This document shows, one piece after another, positions 27,689 to 38,711 of a stretch of 48,300 nucleotides of DNA. Each line of letters opens with the position of its first letter. The first letter of the stretch is position 1. Source of the stretch: Candidatus Gottesmanbacteria bacterium RIFCSPHIGHO2_01_FULL_40_15 (GTDB lineage Bacteria; Patescibacteriota; Microgenomatia; 2-02-FULL-39-11). The notes beneath the pieces were generated by a model. That model was not told the DNA's origin. It worked only from the letters and a program-made list of their open reading frames with translations, and made no database searches. The stretch is from NCBI GenBank assembly GCA_001779115.1, contig MFJF01000001.1, forward strand, positions 1 through 48,300, written 5' to 3'. The translations under genes were made by a program, and so were the position numbers.

Positions 27689-29382
27689 ATAAGTTCACCT
27701 CCTAAAATTAATAGTCCGGCTATAGTAATCATATTGGCAACTTTTTCAGTTTGGCTGTAAGAAAAATAAAGTTTAACAAGATGTCGGCCTGCCGGTATCT
27801 GTATTTGCATTCTTCCGTTTGGATCATTCCTTATTGCTGCCTCTTTATTGTCAATTATTGCCTTCCAATTCGGAAAATAAAAACTGTTAACTGTTAAAGT
27901 ATTATCACTTGGAGAACTGTATTCAACCGACAATTTCTCAACCCCCGTTTCCTGTCTGTTAATTTTAACTGGCTGTAAAAACTCAAACTTTTCAGGTAGT
28001 TTCCCCGTTTCCAAATAATTTTTTTCAACTTCAAGTATATATGGTATGGAGACATTAACCGGTAAAAACTCCGCCGTTGCCATATTTTTTAAAGTTCCCG
28101 GTGCCAGTAAAAATGTCTGCGGCTGGGAAAAATAATCGTCACCGAATGGAAAAATCTCAACCCAGGCTTTCGTATAGGGATATCCGGCAATTACGGCCAA
28201 TATGACAATAATAACAGCCGCCTGACGTCGGCCGAAAAATAATAACCCGGCAAGCAATGATCCCAAAAAGGTAACAGGAGAAAGCATCCGGAAGGGATAA
28301 ACAATAAATTTTAAAAACGTTAATTTTGACCAGATAAAATCAGACTGCAATGTCGTCAGGAAAAGGCACAAAATAAAAAGTATATACAAAGCTAAAAGAA
28401 ACACTTTATTGTTTCCGGTATTTTGCCCCTTTCCGTTAAATGGCGTCTTTCGCCTGCGGGTCAACAAATAAATTGCCGGAAAAAGTAAAATTAAAAAAAG
28501 AATGGGTAATCCGGCGGTGAAATCATAATATTTGGCAATGCCTGTCTTTATCGTCTCAAGGGAAGTCATAAGCTGAATCTCCAAGGATTTGTAATATGAT
28601 CCCCTCATCCCCATTTCCTTACTGATAAGTGAGGGATAAGCCGTCAGATTATTTAAAAAAATTGCCGGCAGGGTAAAAAAACTGCTTATAATTGAGGCTG
28701 ATATGAATGAATTTATATATAAAAGCATAGGCGCTAGAGTAAACCGGTAAAGAGTTGCCCCCAACAATAAAAGGATTGGCGTATAAATAAGAACGGAAAC
28801 GTTATGGGAAAGAATAAATAAAAACCAGCTTAAGGTTAGAAGTACAAAGGGAATTGCCTTCCCTTGAGTCTCTTTTAATCTTAATGCCAGATATAAAATA
28901 AGGGGCGGATATACAAAAGCGGTCATTTCTCCCCAACCCTCATACAGATAAATTGTCAGCAAATGATAAGGAGCGTATGTATAAACAACCGCCGCAATAA
29001 TACCGGCTGTTTTCCCCCGCAGCTTTTCGGCTAAAAGGAACATAAAAATAAACGACATTACCAAAGTCAGCCCCTGGTAAATCTGCACTGAGGCTCTGAT
29101 ATCGAATCCCGACAGTTTAAAAATCGAAGTAACGTAATAAGGCAAAAGGTAATTGAACAAAAATATCGGCGAACCGAAATTCAATGCCTGATCCGACAGC
29201 CACCTCACTCTCAAATTTCCTTCAGTTAGGGATCTGGTAAATGACATCAGCCGGAATTTATGGGCCAGCCCGTCAGCCGTACCGTATACATTCGGTGAAA
29301 AAAGCGGCAGCATGACCGGTATCAATATCACGGTACTTAAAACCAAAATAAGTATTCGCTTTTTGTCCCGGATATTTTTCAT
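27658..29382 (-). CDS. PTPS-related/YfhO-like GT-C membrane protein
   Basis: DGLAH..R...VRW......FGSPIFLFNY, YAPYH, GE, SHN, FPFR-like YPFR, and C-terminal FYFPNWKA.ID...IPAGRH.V.L. Confidence 0.8.
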   Translation of the reverse strand: MKNIRDKKRILILVLSTVILIPVMLPLFSPNVYGTADGLAHKFRLMSFTRSLTEGNLRVRWLSDQALNFGSPIFLFNYLLPYYVTSIFKLSGFDIRASVQIYQGLTLVMSFIFMFLLAEKLRGKTAGIIAAVVYTYAPYHLLTIYLYEGWGEMTAFVYPPLILYLALRLKETQGKAIPFVLLTLSWFLFILSHNVSVLIYTPILLLLGATLYRFTLAPMLLYINSFISASIISSFFTLPAIFLNNLTAYPSLISKEMGMRGSYYKSLEIQLMTSLETIKTGIAKYYDFTAGLPILFLILLFPAIYLLTRRRKTPFNGKGQNTGNNKVFLLALYILFILCLFLTTLQSDFIWSKLTFLKFIVYPFRMLSPVTFLGSLLAGLLFFGRRQAAVIIVILAVIAGYPYTKAWVEIFPFGDDYFSQPQTFLLAPGTLKNMATAEFLPVNVSIPYILEVEKNYLETGKLPEKFEFLQPVKINRQETGVEKLSVEYSSPSDNTLTVNSFYFPNWKAIIDNKEAAIRNDPNGRMQIQIPAGRHLVKLYFSYSQTEKVANMITIAGLLILGGELIWLRKLKLRF

Positions 29383-30941
29383 AAATTCACTTTATAGATA
29401 ACCATTGTCTTATTGTCATAAACAGGTTCAAAGATTGGAAACTGCCTGAAATAATTATTGGCCGAATACAAAAGCAAATGGCTTATCCTGTATTTTTTCA
29501 AAATCATCGAAACTTCATCCCCGGATGCCTTCCCGTCTATTAAGGAAAAAGCATCTCTGACCTTCTCGGAGATATTGATGGTAAACAGATCGAATCCGAA
29601 AACTGTTTTCCGGCCGGTAAGTCCCGGAAAGGGTTCATTATAAGGCCATTGCACCAGAAAAATATCCTGCGGTGTTGAAATGTCACGTGCTTTTATAATT
29701 GCCAGGTACACGTTCTTGGGAATGTAGTAATAACTGTTATTTATCTTAGGGGTCAAAAGATCCTTGTACTGCACGTAATAAGTAGGTAGAAGTGAAGCGC
29801 AATAAATAATTATAATAAATACTAAAATAAATACTTTTATCCGTTTGAAACGGGAGGAAAGAAAAATTATTCCCTCGGTTGCCAATACCGCAATTGGTAT
29901 ATAGACTTGCGATGGCCAAAACCTGGCGTTGGAAATCCTTATTTTCTCGGGAACTCCGGACAGGTAGAAAAAGACTGCAAAAGATAAGAAAATAAAAACC
30001 AAAAGTCTTGCCCAGGAGGGTTTCCGCCAATACTGCCAGATACCCAATATCGCCAAAATCACGATAAGCCCTGAATTATAAAATAACCATAAAGGTGTCA
30101 TTTTAAGTTGTTGGGCTGATTCCCAAGCTGAAGATAATAAGTAAGGACTGACGGAAAAAACCGATTTTACGTAAATTGCCGGTAAGACCCCGGCCAAAAG
30201 AAGAATTACCCCCGGAACCAGATACTTAAGTTTTTTCATCAATCCTCCTGCAACTGATGCTGCCAGTGTTGTCAGACCCCAAGTCACCGGATTAATTGAA
30301 GAAAGTAAAAATCCGCTTGCTGCCAGTAATGACAAATCAAGCTTTTTTTTGAATCCATTTTTTACCCAAAAAACTGTTAAGAGAAGGATATAAGTGCCTA
30401 AAGAATAAGCGATTAAATGATGAGGTGTCGGACCGAACCGTGCTAAAGATATACCCAGGTTATACCAGTGGGTCCAATATGAAAATTCCCATCCTCCTCC
30501 CGCTTTGGGTAATATCTGAAACATCGAATTTGAAGTTATAAAAAGAAAAAGCGCCAGTAAGCGTTTTCCCCAATTCTGGGGAAAAATCTCCCGTAATAAA
30601 AAATATGACACAACCAAATAAACACCCAAATAAACGGCTACTGCAACCTGGTAGGCTAAAATCACATCAAGTCCAAGTCCGGTCAATATCCGGCCGGTTA
30701 AAACATTCTGCCATCCGACCAGAACCGGTTTGAGTTTCTCCGGGGTAAAAAGCATGGTCGAAGATAAAAAATTGTAAGTCCCCTGGGCAAATTGAGACAG
30801 ATAATAAAAATAATCGGAAGGCCAGTGAACTGTACCCAGATAAACCATGTTGGGAGGTGTCGCCAGCTTGCCTACAATATACTGCAGTTCAATCCCAAGT
30901 ATGGCTGTCAGAATAAGGATAGTTACAATTATCCCTTCCAT
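29379..30941 (-). CDS. GT-C-type polytopic membrane protein (family A)
   Basis: SDYFYYLSQFAQG..FTPE, TPHH, FPGLTGRKTVFG. Confidence 0.7.
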   Translation of the reverse strand: MEGIIVTILILTAILGIELQYIVGKLATPPNMVYLGTVHWPSDYFYYLSQFAQGTYNFLSSTMLFTPEKLKPVLVGWQNVLTGRILTGLGLDVILAYQVAVAVYLGVYLVVSYFLLREIFPQNWGKRLLALFLFITSNSMFQILPKAGGGWEFSYWTHWYNLGISLARFGPTPHHLIAYSLGTYILLLTVFWVKNGFKKKLDLSLLAASGFLLSSINPVTWGLTTLAASVAGGLMKKLKYLVPGVILLLAGVLPAIYVKSVFSVSPYLLSSAWESAQQLKMTPLWLFYNSGLIVILAILGIWQYWRKPSWARLLVFIFLSFAVFFYLSGVPEKIRISNARFWPSQVYIPIAVLATEGIIFLSSRFKRIKVFILVFIIIIYCASLLPTYYVQYKDLLTPKINNSYYYIPKNVYLAIIKARDISTPQDIFLVQWPYNEPFPGLTGRKTVFGFDLFTINISEKVRDAFSLIDGKASGDEVSMILKKYRISHLLLYSANNYFRQFPIFEPVYDNKTMVIYKVNL

Positions 30942-30971
30942 AATATTGCGTTTTCATTTATCGGCCTGGGT

Positions 30972-32540
30972 TCAATTGAGACGGACCATTATATTTAATG
31001 CCGGCAGTTTCGGATCAACCATTGCCGGATCACTCGTAAATTTTTCCTGGATTTTACGTGTATGTAAAATTGGTAATACTTCAAGTCTGTCGGTTATACC
31101 GATATGCACATATTTCGTTCCCCGCCGGATAAGTTCACTTTCAATTTCCGGAAAATTAAAATTCAGAGATTGCTCATATTGTCCGTAAGGGAGGCAGCAG
31201 AAATAATAACCGTTGGGATAAAACACCGTCTCCCCGGTCAGATCAAATACAGGCTCATTTTCAGGAATTCCTGATAAAAATCCTTCAATCTTTTTGAGTG
31301 CTGGCTGGTTTGTCCATTGTGATTTAGACTGATACATGAGTTTAGAAAGGTAAAAACTGCAGCCGATCACCAAAAGGTAAATTGCCGTCCTTACCCCGAT
31401 TTTAAGATTTGGCATCTGCGGAAAAAATCTGCCTGCTTTTTCAGCAAACACCCTGACCAAATCGGCAAAATAAAATGCTACAAAAGGTGAAACCGGAATC
31501 AGATACTGAAGGTGTTTCAGGGGAAATATTTTCACAAATGCATACAGATTGACGAATAAGGATAAGGAAAACACAAATTCCCGGATATTTTTATCGGCCT
31601 CATCATAAGATAAGGAGGATATGAAATTTTTAATCCCCCAGACTGTTCCCAGAACATAAACAAAAAGATTGGAAAGAAGAATTCTGTTAAGTCCCGGCAT
31701 ACCGTAGAAAATATCATTGGGATAAAAAAAGATATCCGGCCTCATGTAAAATCTCAAAGCCAAAGTCCGGGTTACATCGCTTGCCAGTTTGGAAATTAAG
31801 TAAACAGAAAGGGTTATGTTGCCGCTTAAAAAAAGTAATACCCCGACAACTGCCAGATTAATCCCCATTCCTGCCCCCATAAATAGCATGTGTTTTATAA
31901 AAATAGCTGATTTAGGCTTCTTTAGTGTTAAAAACTGGTGGATCAGTATAAGTGCAACCGGTACCAGGAAAAAAACAGTTTTCGGAACTACCGCCAGGCT
32001 GGCAGTGAAAAAAAATCCGGTGAGAAAATAATATACGGCCTTCTTTTTTTCATTTGCCAAAACAAAAAGGTAAAGCCCGGTAATGGATAATAAGGCCGCC
32101 AAAAGATCGGGTCTGATTTCCAACAGTTTGTCGGAAGGCAGGGGTAAATAAATAAATATTACTAAAGTCAAAAGTGCGGTCAGGAGTCCTCTTAATTTTC
32201 TGGCCCATAAAAATAAAATGGCATATGTGGCCATTTGCACCAGAAAAATGAAAAATCTGACGGCAATAACGGCCTTTACGGTTCTCCCGAAAATTGACAT
32301 TATAAATGCCACCGGCAATAAAAAATAAGGAGGAAATATATAAAAAAAGTCGGTATAAGGTTTTTCTCCTGTCAGAAAGCTATATCCCCAGTGAAGATGG
32401 GCAAATTCATCGGCGTCAAAATAGCGTGTCAAAGTAAGTTTATAGCGGAAAAATATCAGGATTAAAATGGTCGGAAGGCACAAAAATATTAATAAAAAGT
32501 AGGCAATTCTTGCATTTTTAGCCTCTTTCATAAACCCCAT
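30972..32540 (-). CDS. ArnT/PMT-like GT-C glycosyltransferase (family B)
   Basis: FDADEFAHLH..G.KPYTDFF..PP, EIRPD, and QYLIP. Confidence 0.8.
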   Translation of the reverse strand: MGFMKEAKNARIAYFLLIFLCLPTILILIFFRYKLTLTRYFDADEFAHLHWGYSFLTGEKPYTDFFYIFPPYFLLPVAFIMSIFGRTVKAVIAVRFFIFLVQMATYAILFLWARKLRGLLTALLTLVIFIYLPLPSDKLLEIRPDLLAALLSITGLYLFVLANEKKKAVYYFLTGFFFTASLAVVPKTVFFLVPVALILIHQFLTLKKPKSAIFIKHMLFMGAGMGINLAVVGVLLFLSGNITLSVYLISKLASDVTRTLALRFYMRPDIFFYPNDIFYGMPGLNRILLSNLFVYVLGTVWGIKNFISSLSYDEADKNIREFVFSLSLFVNLYAFVKIFPLKHLQYLIPVSPFVAFYFADLVRVFAEKAGRFFPQMPNLKIGVRTAIYLLVIGCSFYLSKLMYQSKSQWTNQPALKKIEGFLSGIPENEPVFDLTGETVFYPNGYYFCCLPYGQYEQSLNFNFPEIESELIRRGTKYVHIGITDRLEVLPILHTRKIQEKFTSDPAMVDPKLPALNIMVRLN

Positions 32541-32568
32541 GATACTATATATAATCCTTATTATTAAA

Positions 32569-34041
32569 GTGGAAAAAATACCAATTAAAAAGGTTCCTTT
32601 AAAAGTAATCTTCTTCCTCGGTTATATCATAACAATTCTTATCCTTCTCAAATCGGTCATAACAGGCGGTATCGGCTATATGTATGATATCGACGAACTG
32701 TTCCACATCCAGTTGGTCTGGCTTTATGCCAAAGGTTTTATTCCCTTCATGGATTTCTTTACTATCCATTCACCCCTTTTCCATAAATTGATCGTTCCGT
32801 TTATGAGTAGTTTCGGCTTTAAATATGAATCTGTTTTGAATATCAGAATTATTATGTCGGCAATTTTTATTTTCCGCCTTATAATTACATTTCTTATCGT
32901 CTTTCGCCTCTACAGCCTTCCGGTTGCTCTTATATTCTTGCCGCTTTTTCTGCTTGATCCCCTGAGCAATTTCTCGGCCATGCAAATTAGGCCTGATAAC
33001 TTAATGATGCTGTTTTTTATTTTGGGATTGTTTTTTCTGGTTTTTGAAGAAAAACGGTTGACATTTTACCGGCTTTTCACCTCCGGCCTCTTCTTTTCAC
33101 TCTCAGTTCTCACCAGTTTGAAAATCGCTCCTTCCGTATTACTTATAACCGTCTTCCTCTTTTTTACCGGAAAATTGAATAAGAAAACACTGTTGGCAAC
33201 AATAGCCGGACTTATTCTTCCTGCTCTTATCTTTATCCTCTACTTTTCTCTCCATAATCTCCAAAACGAAATGATTCAACAATTAATTTTGGATGCAAGA
33301 ACTGTCAACAGCGCCATTCTTAATCCCGGAAAATTGTCCGCTTATTTTAAACCGGATAATATTTATTTATATACAAGACCGGGTAAACCGCTTCTCTGGT
33401 ACTTTCTTATAAGCTTGCCGATACTGTCTTTATCGGGGTGGCTTTTAAATCTTTATCGACTGGTAAAAATTAATATAAACCGTTTTCAACTTCTTTTGAG
33501 CTTAATTTTCATTTTCCAAATATTTTTTACTCTGTCGGTCCGGTCAGTATTTATCCAATATCTTTTGCCCGTCAGCTGGCTGGCTTCTCTCTATTCTGCT
33601 TATCTTCTTAATTTCCCTCTGAATTTAATAACAAACAACTCCGTTAAAAAAATTTATGCCTCACTGATTACCGCGGTTTTATTAATTCTAATATCTTTAT
33701 CAGTCGATATTAATTACCGCCGGGCCAAATATGATAATCCCCAAACCGGAGAAAATCTAGAAAGACTTTGGCGGCAAATCCCCGAAAACCAATATGTCTA
33801 TCCCAATCTGCTATTCCGTCCTCCGGTTTACCCGCTTACCTATGGAGTTTTTATCGGTGATATCCCGCCGGCTCTTCTTTCCCGGTTCCCAAAAATCTCA
33901 TACAGCCTTGAAAAACATCAGGTAAAATATTTGCTGGTTACCGAATATATATTGGGTTTTCATCCCAAAGAAGCGCAGGATTATATAAGGAAAAATTACC
34001 AAAAAGATCCCGTCAGCGGTTTTTGGCTAAGAAAAAATTAA
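32569..34041 (+). CDS. ArnT/PMT-like GT-C glycosyltransferase (family B)
   Basis: YDIDELFHIQ..G.IPFMDFF..HSP, QIRPD, QYLLP. GTG 32569 is preferred over ATG 32539, which collides with the divergent gene start and lies upstream of TATAAT 32550. Confidence 0.78.
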   Translation: MEKIPIKKVPLKVIFFLGYIITILILLKSVITGGIGYMYDIDELFHIQLVWLYAKGFIPFMDFFTIHSPLFHKLIVPFMSSFGFKYESVLNIRIIMSAIFIFRLIITFLIVFRLYSLPVALIFLPLFLLDPLSNFSAMQIRPDNLMMLFFILGLFFLVFEEKRLTFYRLFTSGLFFSLSVLTSLKIAPSVLLITVFLFFTGKLNKKTLLATIAGLILPALIFILYFSLHNLQNEMIQQLILDARTVNSAILNPGKLSAYFKPDNIYLYTRPGKPLLWYFLISLPILSLSGWLLNLYRLVKININRFQLLLSLIFIFQIFFTLSVRSVFIQYLLPVSWLASLYSAYLLNFPLNLITNNSVKKIYASLITAVLLILISLSVDINYRRAKYDNPQTGENLERLWRQIPENQYVYPNLLFRPPVYPLTYGVFIGDIPPALLSRFPKISYSLEKHQVKYLLVTEYILGFHPKEAQDYIRKNYQKDPVSGFWLRKN

Positions 34042-35317
34042 AGATAACAAATAAGCCGAAACCGCCAAATAGGATAATCAGAGGATAAACGGGCAGTGAG
34101 TACCTCTCCTCGGTACTGGAAAATGCATTGGCAACAGTTGTGTAGAAAATGGGAAAACCTGTAAATAAAACTAACCCTTTACCCTTAATAAAATTATTAA
34201 TTGTTTGAGCTTTTGACCAAAAAATAAAGCCCATTGCGGCCAAAAACAAATAAATAACATTCCCCCAGTATGAAATAATGGAAAGTATGGGAGTTTGCCC
34301 GTTATTATAAGGAAAAATCATGTGTTTCTCCCAGATATACCACATTTTTTCAATTCTCCAGATAATAAATTTTACCGGATTATTCTTTATTTCTTCTAAA
34401 GCCAATCTGAAAAATAAGTCCCGTGTGGTTTTTCTTTTTTCAGGAGTATCCTTCCGGTATGAATACTCATTATAAGCCCATCGGACTTCTTTGGGATAAT
34501 CGTCCATTGAAACCGGAATTTTTTTTGATCTCTTGACAAACATGCTTATATAAAAATTTTCAATCGATAATCTGTCCACATCCATTAAAGAAATTTCACT
34601 ATACCATTGGTAATTGCCCCATACCGTATAAATAAACGGGATACAAAAACCGATGCTGAGGAAAAATAATAAAATCCATCTGAAATCTTTGACAAACCGT
34701 TTTAATACATAAAAAAGCATCAGGAATAACATGAATATGGAGAAAAAATAGTATACCGGTCTGACCTGTGGTATAAAACCAAGAATTATACCGGTGAAAA
34801 ATACTAAAATTAAAGAACGTGATTTTAAAAAAGTAATGCTTAAAAAATAAAGTGAACTGAATAAAAATGCCGCTAACACCTCGGGCAGCATCACCCCGGT
34901 AAATCCGGATGTAAACGGATTAAAAAGGTAAAGGATGTATGAAATAAGCGCTTTTGTATAACTTCGGAATAATGCGCCGGCGGTGCCAAAAACCAAAAGT
35001 GCTGATATTGTATCCAGGACCGCCTGGGCTAATTGAAAATTATTAAATCCTAAAAAAAGTCCGTTATTTGATATTTTATCAATCACTAGAATAAACAGCG
35101 GATAACCGTAAATTCTGAATGAATGCGCGTATAATCCGTAGACTTTCATTAAATTAGCGTAATCCCGGTATTGTAACTGGTCAAACGCGAACGGTTGGGG
35201 AAAAATCTTAATTAAAAGCAATCGGTATAAAAGTCCTGTAAGAAAAAGAAGTATTATAATAAGAAACCTTTTTTTCTTGGAAGAAAATTGCTTTTTAATC
35301 CCGGATTTCATACTCAT
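34013..35317 (-). CDS. PMT_2/GT39-like GT-C glycosyltransferase (family C)
   Basis: PQPFAFDQLQYRDYA, RIYGYPLF, MLPE, QVRP, EERYSLPVYP. Confidence 0.8.
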   Translation of the reverse strand: MSMKSGIKKQFSSKKKRFLIIILLFLTGLLYRLLLIKIFPQPFAFDQLQYRDYANLMKVYGLYAHSFRIYGYPLFILVIDKISNNGLFLGFNNFQLAQAVLDTISALLVFGTAGALFRSYTKALISYILYLFNPFTSGFTGVMLPEVLAAFLFSSLYFLSITFLKSRSLILVFFTGIILGFIPQVRPVYYFFSIFMLFLMLFYVLKRFVKDFRWILLFFLSIGFCIPFIYTVWGNYQWYSEISLMDVDRLSIENFYISMFVKRSKKIPVSMDDYPKEVRWAYNEYSYRKDTPEKRKTTRDLFFRLALEEIKNNPVKFIIWRIEKMWYIWEKHMIFPYNNGQTPILSIISYWGNVIYLFLAAMGFIFWSKAQTINNFIKGKGLVLFTGFPIFYTTVANAFSSTEERYSLPVYPLIILFGGFGLFVIFNFFLAKNR

Positions 35318-35870
35318 AATAATTCATCAACTCACCCATGAATTCAAAACTCTCGGTAAGTTTGCAGCCGGTTTTCATGTAAAACGCATTGGCCGGCAGC
35401 CTGTCATAAACGCTTATTTTGAATTTTTTTATTCCCTTTTTCTTCATATCCGAGGCGGTTATTTTTAGAAGTTTTTTTCCTATTCCCTTCATCCGGTGGT
35501 TTCTGTCAACGGCAATGGACAGAAGTTCTGCACGTTTACTTGAAAATCCGGGATAGGCGATGATTTTAATGAATTTTACCGTTTTTAACGGATGAGTAAT
35601 TATGTACCTCAATAATACAATTACGAAGCCTAATAGATCCTTTTTTAATATTCGGGAATTTAATCCTTCCGTGTTTACGCTGTAACTTACAAATCCTCTG
35701 ACTTTTCCGTTTTCTTCTTCAACATAGGTCACCAAATCAGGAGTCTCTAAACTGGCACGGTAAAATTTCGTCAGGAATTCCTCCCCCAGTTCAGGTAGGA
35801 AACCGGATAATTCATTTCTATGCAAGTTAACCACTTGATCAATTTTTTGATCTGTTAACGGTTTAATCAT
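35295..35870 (-). CDS. GNAT family N-acetyltransferase
   Basis: ELLSIAVDRNHRMKGIGKKLL (acetyl-CoA motif A) and ANAFYMKTG. Confidence 0.9.
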   Translation of the reverse strand: MIKPLTDQKIDQVVNLHRNELSGFLPELGEEFLTKFYRASLETPDLVTYVEEENGKVRGFVSYSVNTEGLNSRILKKDLLGFVIVLLRYIITHPLKTVKFIKIIAYPGFSSKRAELLSIAVDRNHRMKGIGKKLLKITASDMKKKGIKKFKISVYDRLPANAFYMKTGCKLTESFEFMGELMNYYEYEIRD

Positions 35871-37008
35871 TTGATTTGCCTTCCGGGAAAAACTTATTTA
35901 TTTCCGAACATACGTATTCAACCTCCCCGTCAGTCAACTCCGGAAAACAGGGCAAAGACAGCTCTTCAAGGCAGGCTCTCTCGCTCTCGGGAAAATCACC
36001 TTTTTTGTACCCCAGGTATTTAAATGATGGCTGCAGATGGATCGGTTTTGGATAATGAATTCCTGTCCCGATCCCCTTTCTTTCCAAATATGACTTCAAC
36101 TTATCTCTTTTTTTACTTCTTACCGCGTATAAATGATAAACATGCCTGGCATATTCTGCTTCTCCCGGTACAACTATCCTTTTATTTAATTTTGCATTTT
36201 GAATTTTGACTTTATATAAAGATGCAATTTCCCTTCTCCTTTCATTCCATCTGTTTAGATATTTCAGTTTAACAAGTAAAACAGCTGCCTGTAGTTCGTC
36301 CAGACGGCTGTTCCTGCCCAAAACCGTACTCTTATATCTTTTTTCTTCCCCGTACATCCTTAACAGTCTGACCTTCCTGTAAATATCTGTGTTGTTGGTT
36401 ACAACCATTCCTCCGTCTCCTAGGCAGGAAAGGTTTTTTGTCGGATAAAAAGAATAACATCCGGCATCCCCGACTGTCCCTGTCCTTCTCCACCCGTTAT
36501 GCCCAAACCGGATTTGTGCTCCGTGCGCCTGTGCGCAATCCTCAATAATTTTCAATCCGTGTTTTAATGCATGAGGGGCAATTTTGTTTAAATCAGCCGC
36601 CTGACCGTAAAGATGGACCGCTATTATTGCTTTGGTTTTCCCCGAAATAGCCTTTTCAATTTTATCCGGATCAATATTGAATGTTTCAGGATTTACATCA
36701 ACAAGCTTGGGTATTGCTCCGATTGTTGTAACCGAAAATGCCGTCGGATAGGAATTAGCCGGCATTATTACCTCATCCCCGGAAGACACTCCGGCTGCCG
36801 TTAAACTCAAAGATAAGGCATCGGTACCCGATGCCACTCCCACTGCGTACTTTACTCCCAGATACGAGGCAAATTTCTCCTCAAATTCAAGAACATTTTC
36901 TCCCAGTATGAATCTGCCTCCGCTCATTACTTTATCAATGGCTTTTATTAACTCTTTTCCGATATTCCCAAGTTGTCTTCGGGCATCAAACACTGGTACG
37001 GTTCTCAT
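35863..37008 (-). CDS. DegT/DnrJ/EryC1/StrS sugar aminotransferase
   Basis: SGTDAL, VHLYGQ, IEDCAQAHG, SFYPTKNL, NSRLDELQAA, HYP.P.HLQP. Confidence 0.95.
   Translation of the reverse strand: MRTVPVFDARRQLGNIGKELIKAIDKVMSGGRFILGENVLEFEEKFASYLGVKYAVGVASGTDALSLSLTAAGVSSGDEVIMPANSYPTAFSVTTIGAIPKLVDVNPETFNIDPDKIEKAISGKTKAIIAVHLYGQAADLNKIAPHALKHGLKIIEDCAQAHGAQIRFGHNGWRRTGTVGDAGCYSFYPTKNLSCLGDGGMVVTNNTDIYRKVRLLRMYGEEKRYKSTVLGRNSRLDELQAAVLLVKLKYLNRWNERRREIASLYKVKIQNAKLNKRIVVPGEAEYARHVYHLYAVRSKKRDKLKSYLERKGIGTGIHYPKPIHLQPSFKYLGYKKGDFPESERACLEELSLPCFPELTDGEVEYVCSEINKFFPEGKSND
36184..36211. repeat. Degenerate 7-bp tandem repeat inside the DegT gene
   Basis: ATTTAAT TTTGCAT TTTGAAT TTTGACT; encodes VKIQNAKLN. 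Confidence 0.65.
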
Positions 37009-37019
37009 TTTCAGTAATT

Positions 37020-38648
37020 CTAAATTTTTGTTTTATAAATAACAATGTGTTCCTTCCGGAAAACAGGAGCCATAAATTCGGAATATATTTCCGGCAGCGG
37101 TCCGCTGTCCCAAAACACATATTCAATTCTATTATTCCCTAATATTTTTTGGACTTCATCCCGGTTCATATCTTTTTCATAGAAAAACCTGTTTGACAAT
37201 GCGTATTTGCCCCAAAAATCAGCAGTTGATACTTCATGTCCGATATAGACTTTATTATGGGTATATGCCGGAAGTAATGTTCCGATATTAAAGGGAATTA
37301 AAACATTGGAAAATTCTTCCGTGTTTCCGTTAAGATAGTCAGCTGCTTCAAAATAAATTGTCGGGATAAACTCATTGTTATTATAATTGGTAATTTTAAC
37401 ATCTCTTTCCCGGTAATTTTTTAAGCTGATAAAAGTATTCGGCAAAAACAAAAGAAACAGAAATAAAGCAGGAATCAATTTATTATGGAATTTACCAATA
37501 ATCAGCCTGATTGCCATTATTGCCGCAATCCCGCCGAAAACATAGGGAGCCCCGTAAACAAACCGGATCTTGTTAATTGTTAAAATCCCGCCGGCTGACA
37601 GTAGATAAAGAATAATGGGCATCATACCGATTAATAAAAGAAATATCTTCTCAAAAGTCGGTTTTAATATCGTATTTACAAAAAGAATAAGCATGAGATA
37701 CGGAAGAGTCCCGTATGAAGACAAAAATATGAAAAACTGGTAAGGAAAACGCTCAGCGTGGTATGTGTTGTATTCCCAGATAAGGTTATCGCTCCAGGGA
37801 TGGCCCAATAATTTAAGCTGAAGATAAACAAAAGCCTGCGTCAGGACAGACAAAGCCAGAATAATAATAAGTCCTGTTAAAATCTGCCTGTTAAAAAATA
37901 CCTGAATTTTGTTTTTTTTCAGGGGTTTTATTGCCGATAAATAAATTATTGCCGGAAAAATTATACAAGCGGCAATAACCGAAACCAAAAAGATAAATCC
38001 CGGTACGGCGAAAAATAAATTGGCCGTTCCGGTAATAAGTCCGCAGATTATAGCCGGTTTAATCTTCTTTTGGCGCAGGTACAGAATAAAATAAAAAACA
38101 GTTCCGATTAATAATGCGCCGGTAAAAAAATGATGAGGAATAAGGCTTAATCGGTGATAAATATCCGTATTCGTCCACCAGCCGTATGTCGTTGTTATTT
38201 TTTTATCAAATAAATAAAATGTGAAATCGGGCAAAGGTGCCGCCAGGTATATAATCAGAAGTGTAGGTATCATCCATTTTTCAGGTAAAAGTAAACGGAT
38301 TAGGCGGCAGGTATAAAAGTAAAAGATAATAAGCGAAACAGTTATCGCACCGTAATAAGCGTCAGAATCGGAAATCCCGGTAATTCTGGCAATTTTGCCC
38401 AAAAATAAATAAAACAAATGGACCCTGCTTGGATTAGTTTTCTCGGTTGTATATTGGTCAACCTCTGCCCAATTACCCCTTCCTTGCCTGATTACCGACA
38501 GATAATAATAGTAATCTTCAAAAATCCGGTGGACTTTCGTGTAGGTTTTTCCCGGAGGGACGGCTTTAATCCTGTTAATTACCGGTAAATATAAAATCGT
38601 CAGAAATATCGTCAGGAAAAAAATATGCCAAAAAATCCGCTTCATCAT
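37020..38648 (-). CDS. GT-C-type polytopic membrane protein (family A)
   Basis: EDYYYYLSVIRQG..YTTE..FYLFLG, IPHH, LPAYTHNKVYIGH. Confidence 0.7.
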   Translation of the reverse strand: MMKRIFWHIFFLTIFLTILYLPVINRIKAVPPGKTYTKVHRIFEDYYYYLSVIRQGRGNWAEVDQYTTEKTNPSRVHLFYLFLGKIARITGISDSDAYYGAITVSLIIFYFYTCRLIRLLLPEKWMIPTLLIIYLAAPLPDFTFYLFDKKITTTYGWWTNTDIYHRLSLIPHHFFTGALLIGTVFYFILYLRQKKIKPAIICGLITGTANLFFAVPGFIFLVSVIAACIIFPAIIYLSAIKPLKKNKIQVFFNRQILTGLIIILALSVLTQAFVYLQLKLLGHPWSDNLIWEYNTYHAERFPYQFFIFLSSYGTLPYLMLILFVNTILKPTFEKIFLLLIGMMPIILYLLSAGGILTINKIRFVYGAPYVFGGIAAIMAIRLIIGKFHNKLIPALFLFLLFLPNTFISLKNYRERDVKITNYNNNEFIPTIYFEAADYLNGNTEEFSNVLIPFNIGTLLPAYTHNKVYIGHEVSTADFWGKYALSNRFFYEKDMNRDEVQKILGNNRIEYVFWDSGPLPEIYSEFMAPVFRKEHIVIYKTKI

Positions 38649-38711
38649 TCCTTTCTGAAAAGAAAAATTTATTATCTCTTTACTATTTATATTATATTTA
38701 TTTGAGAAACC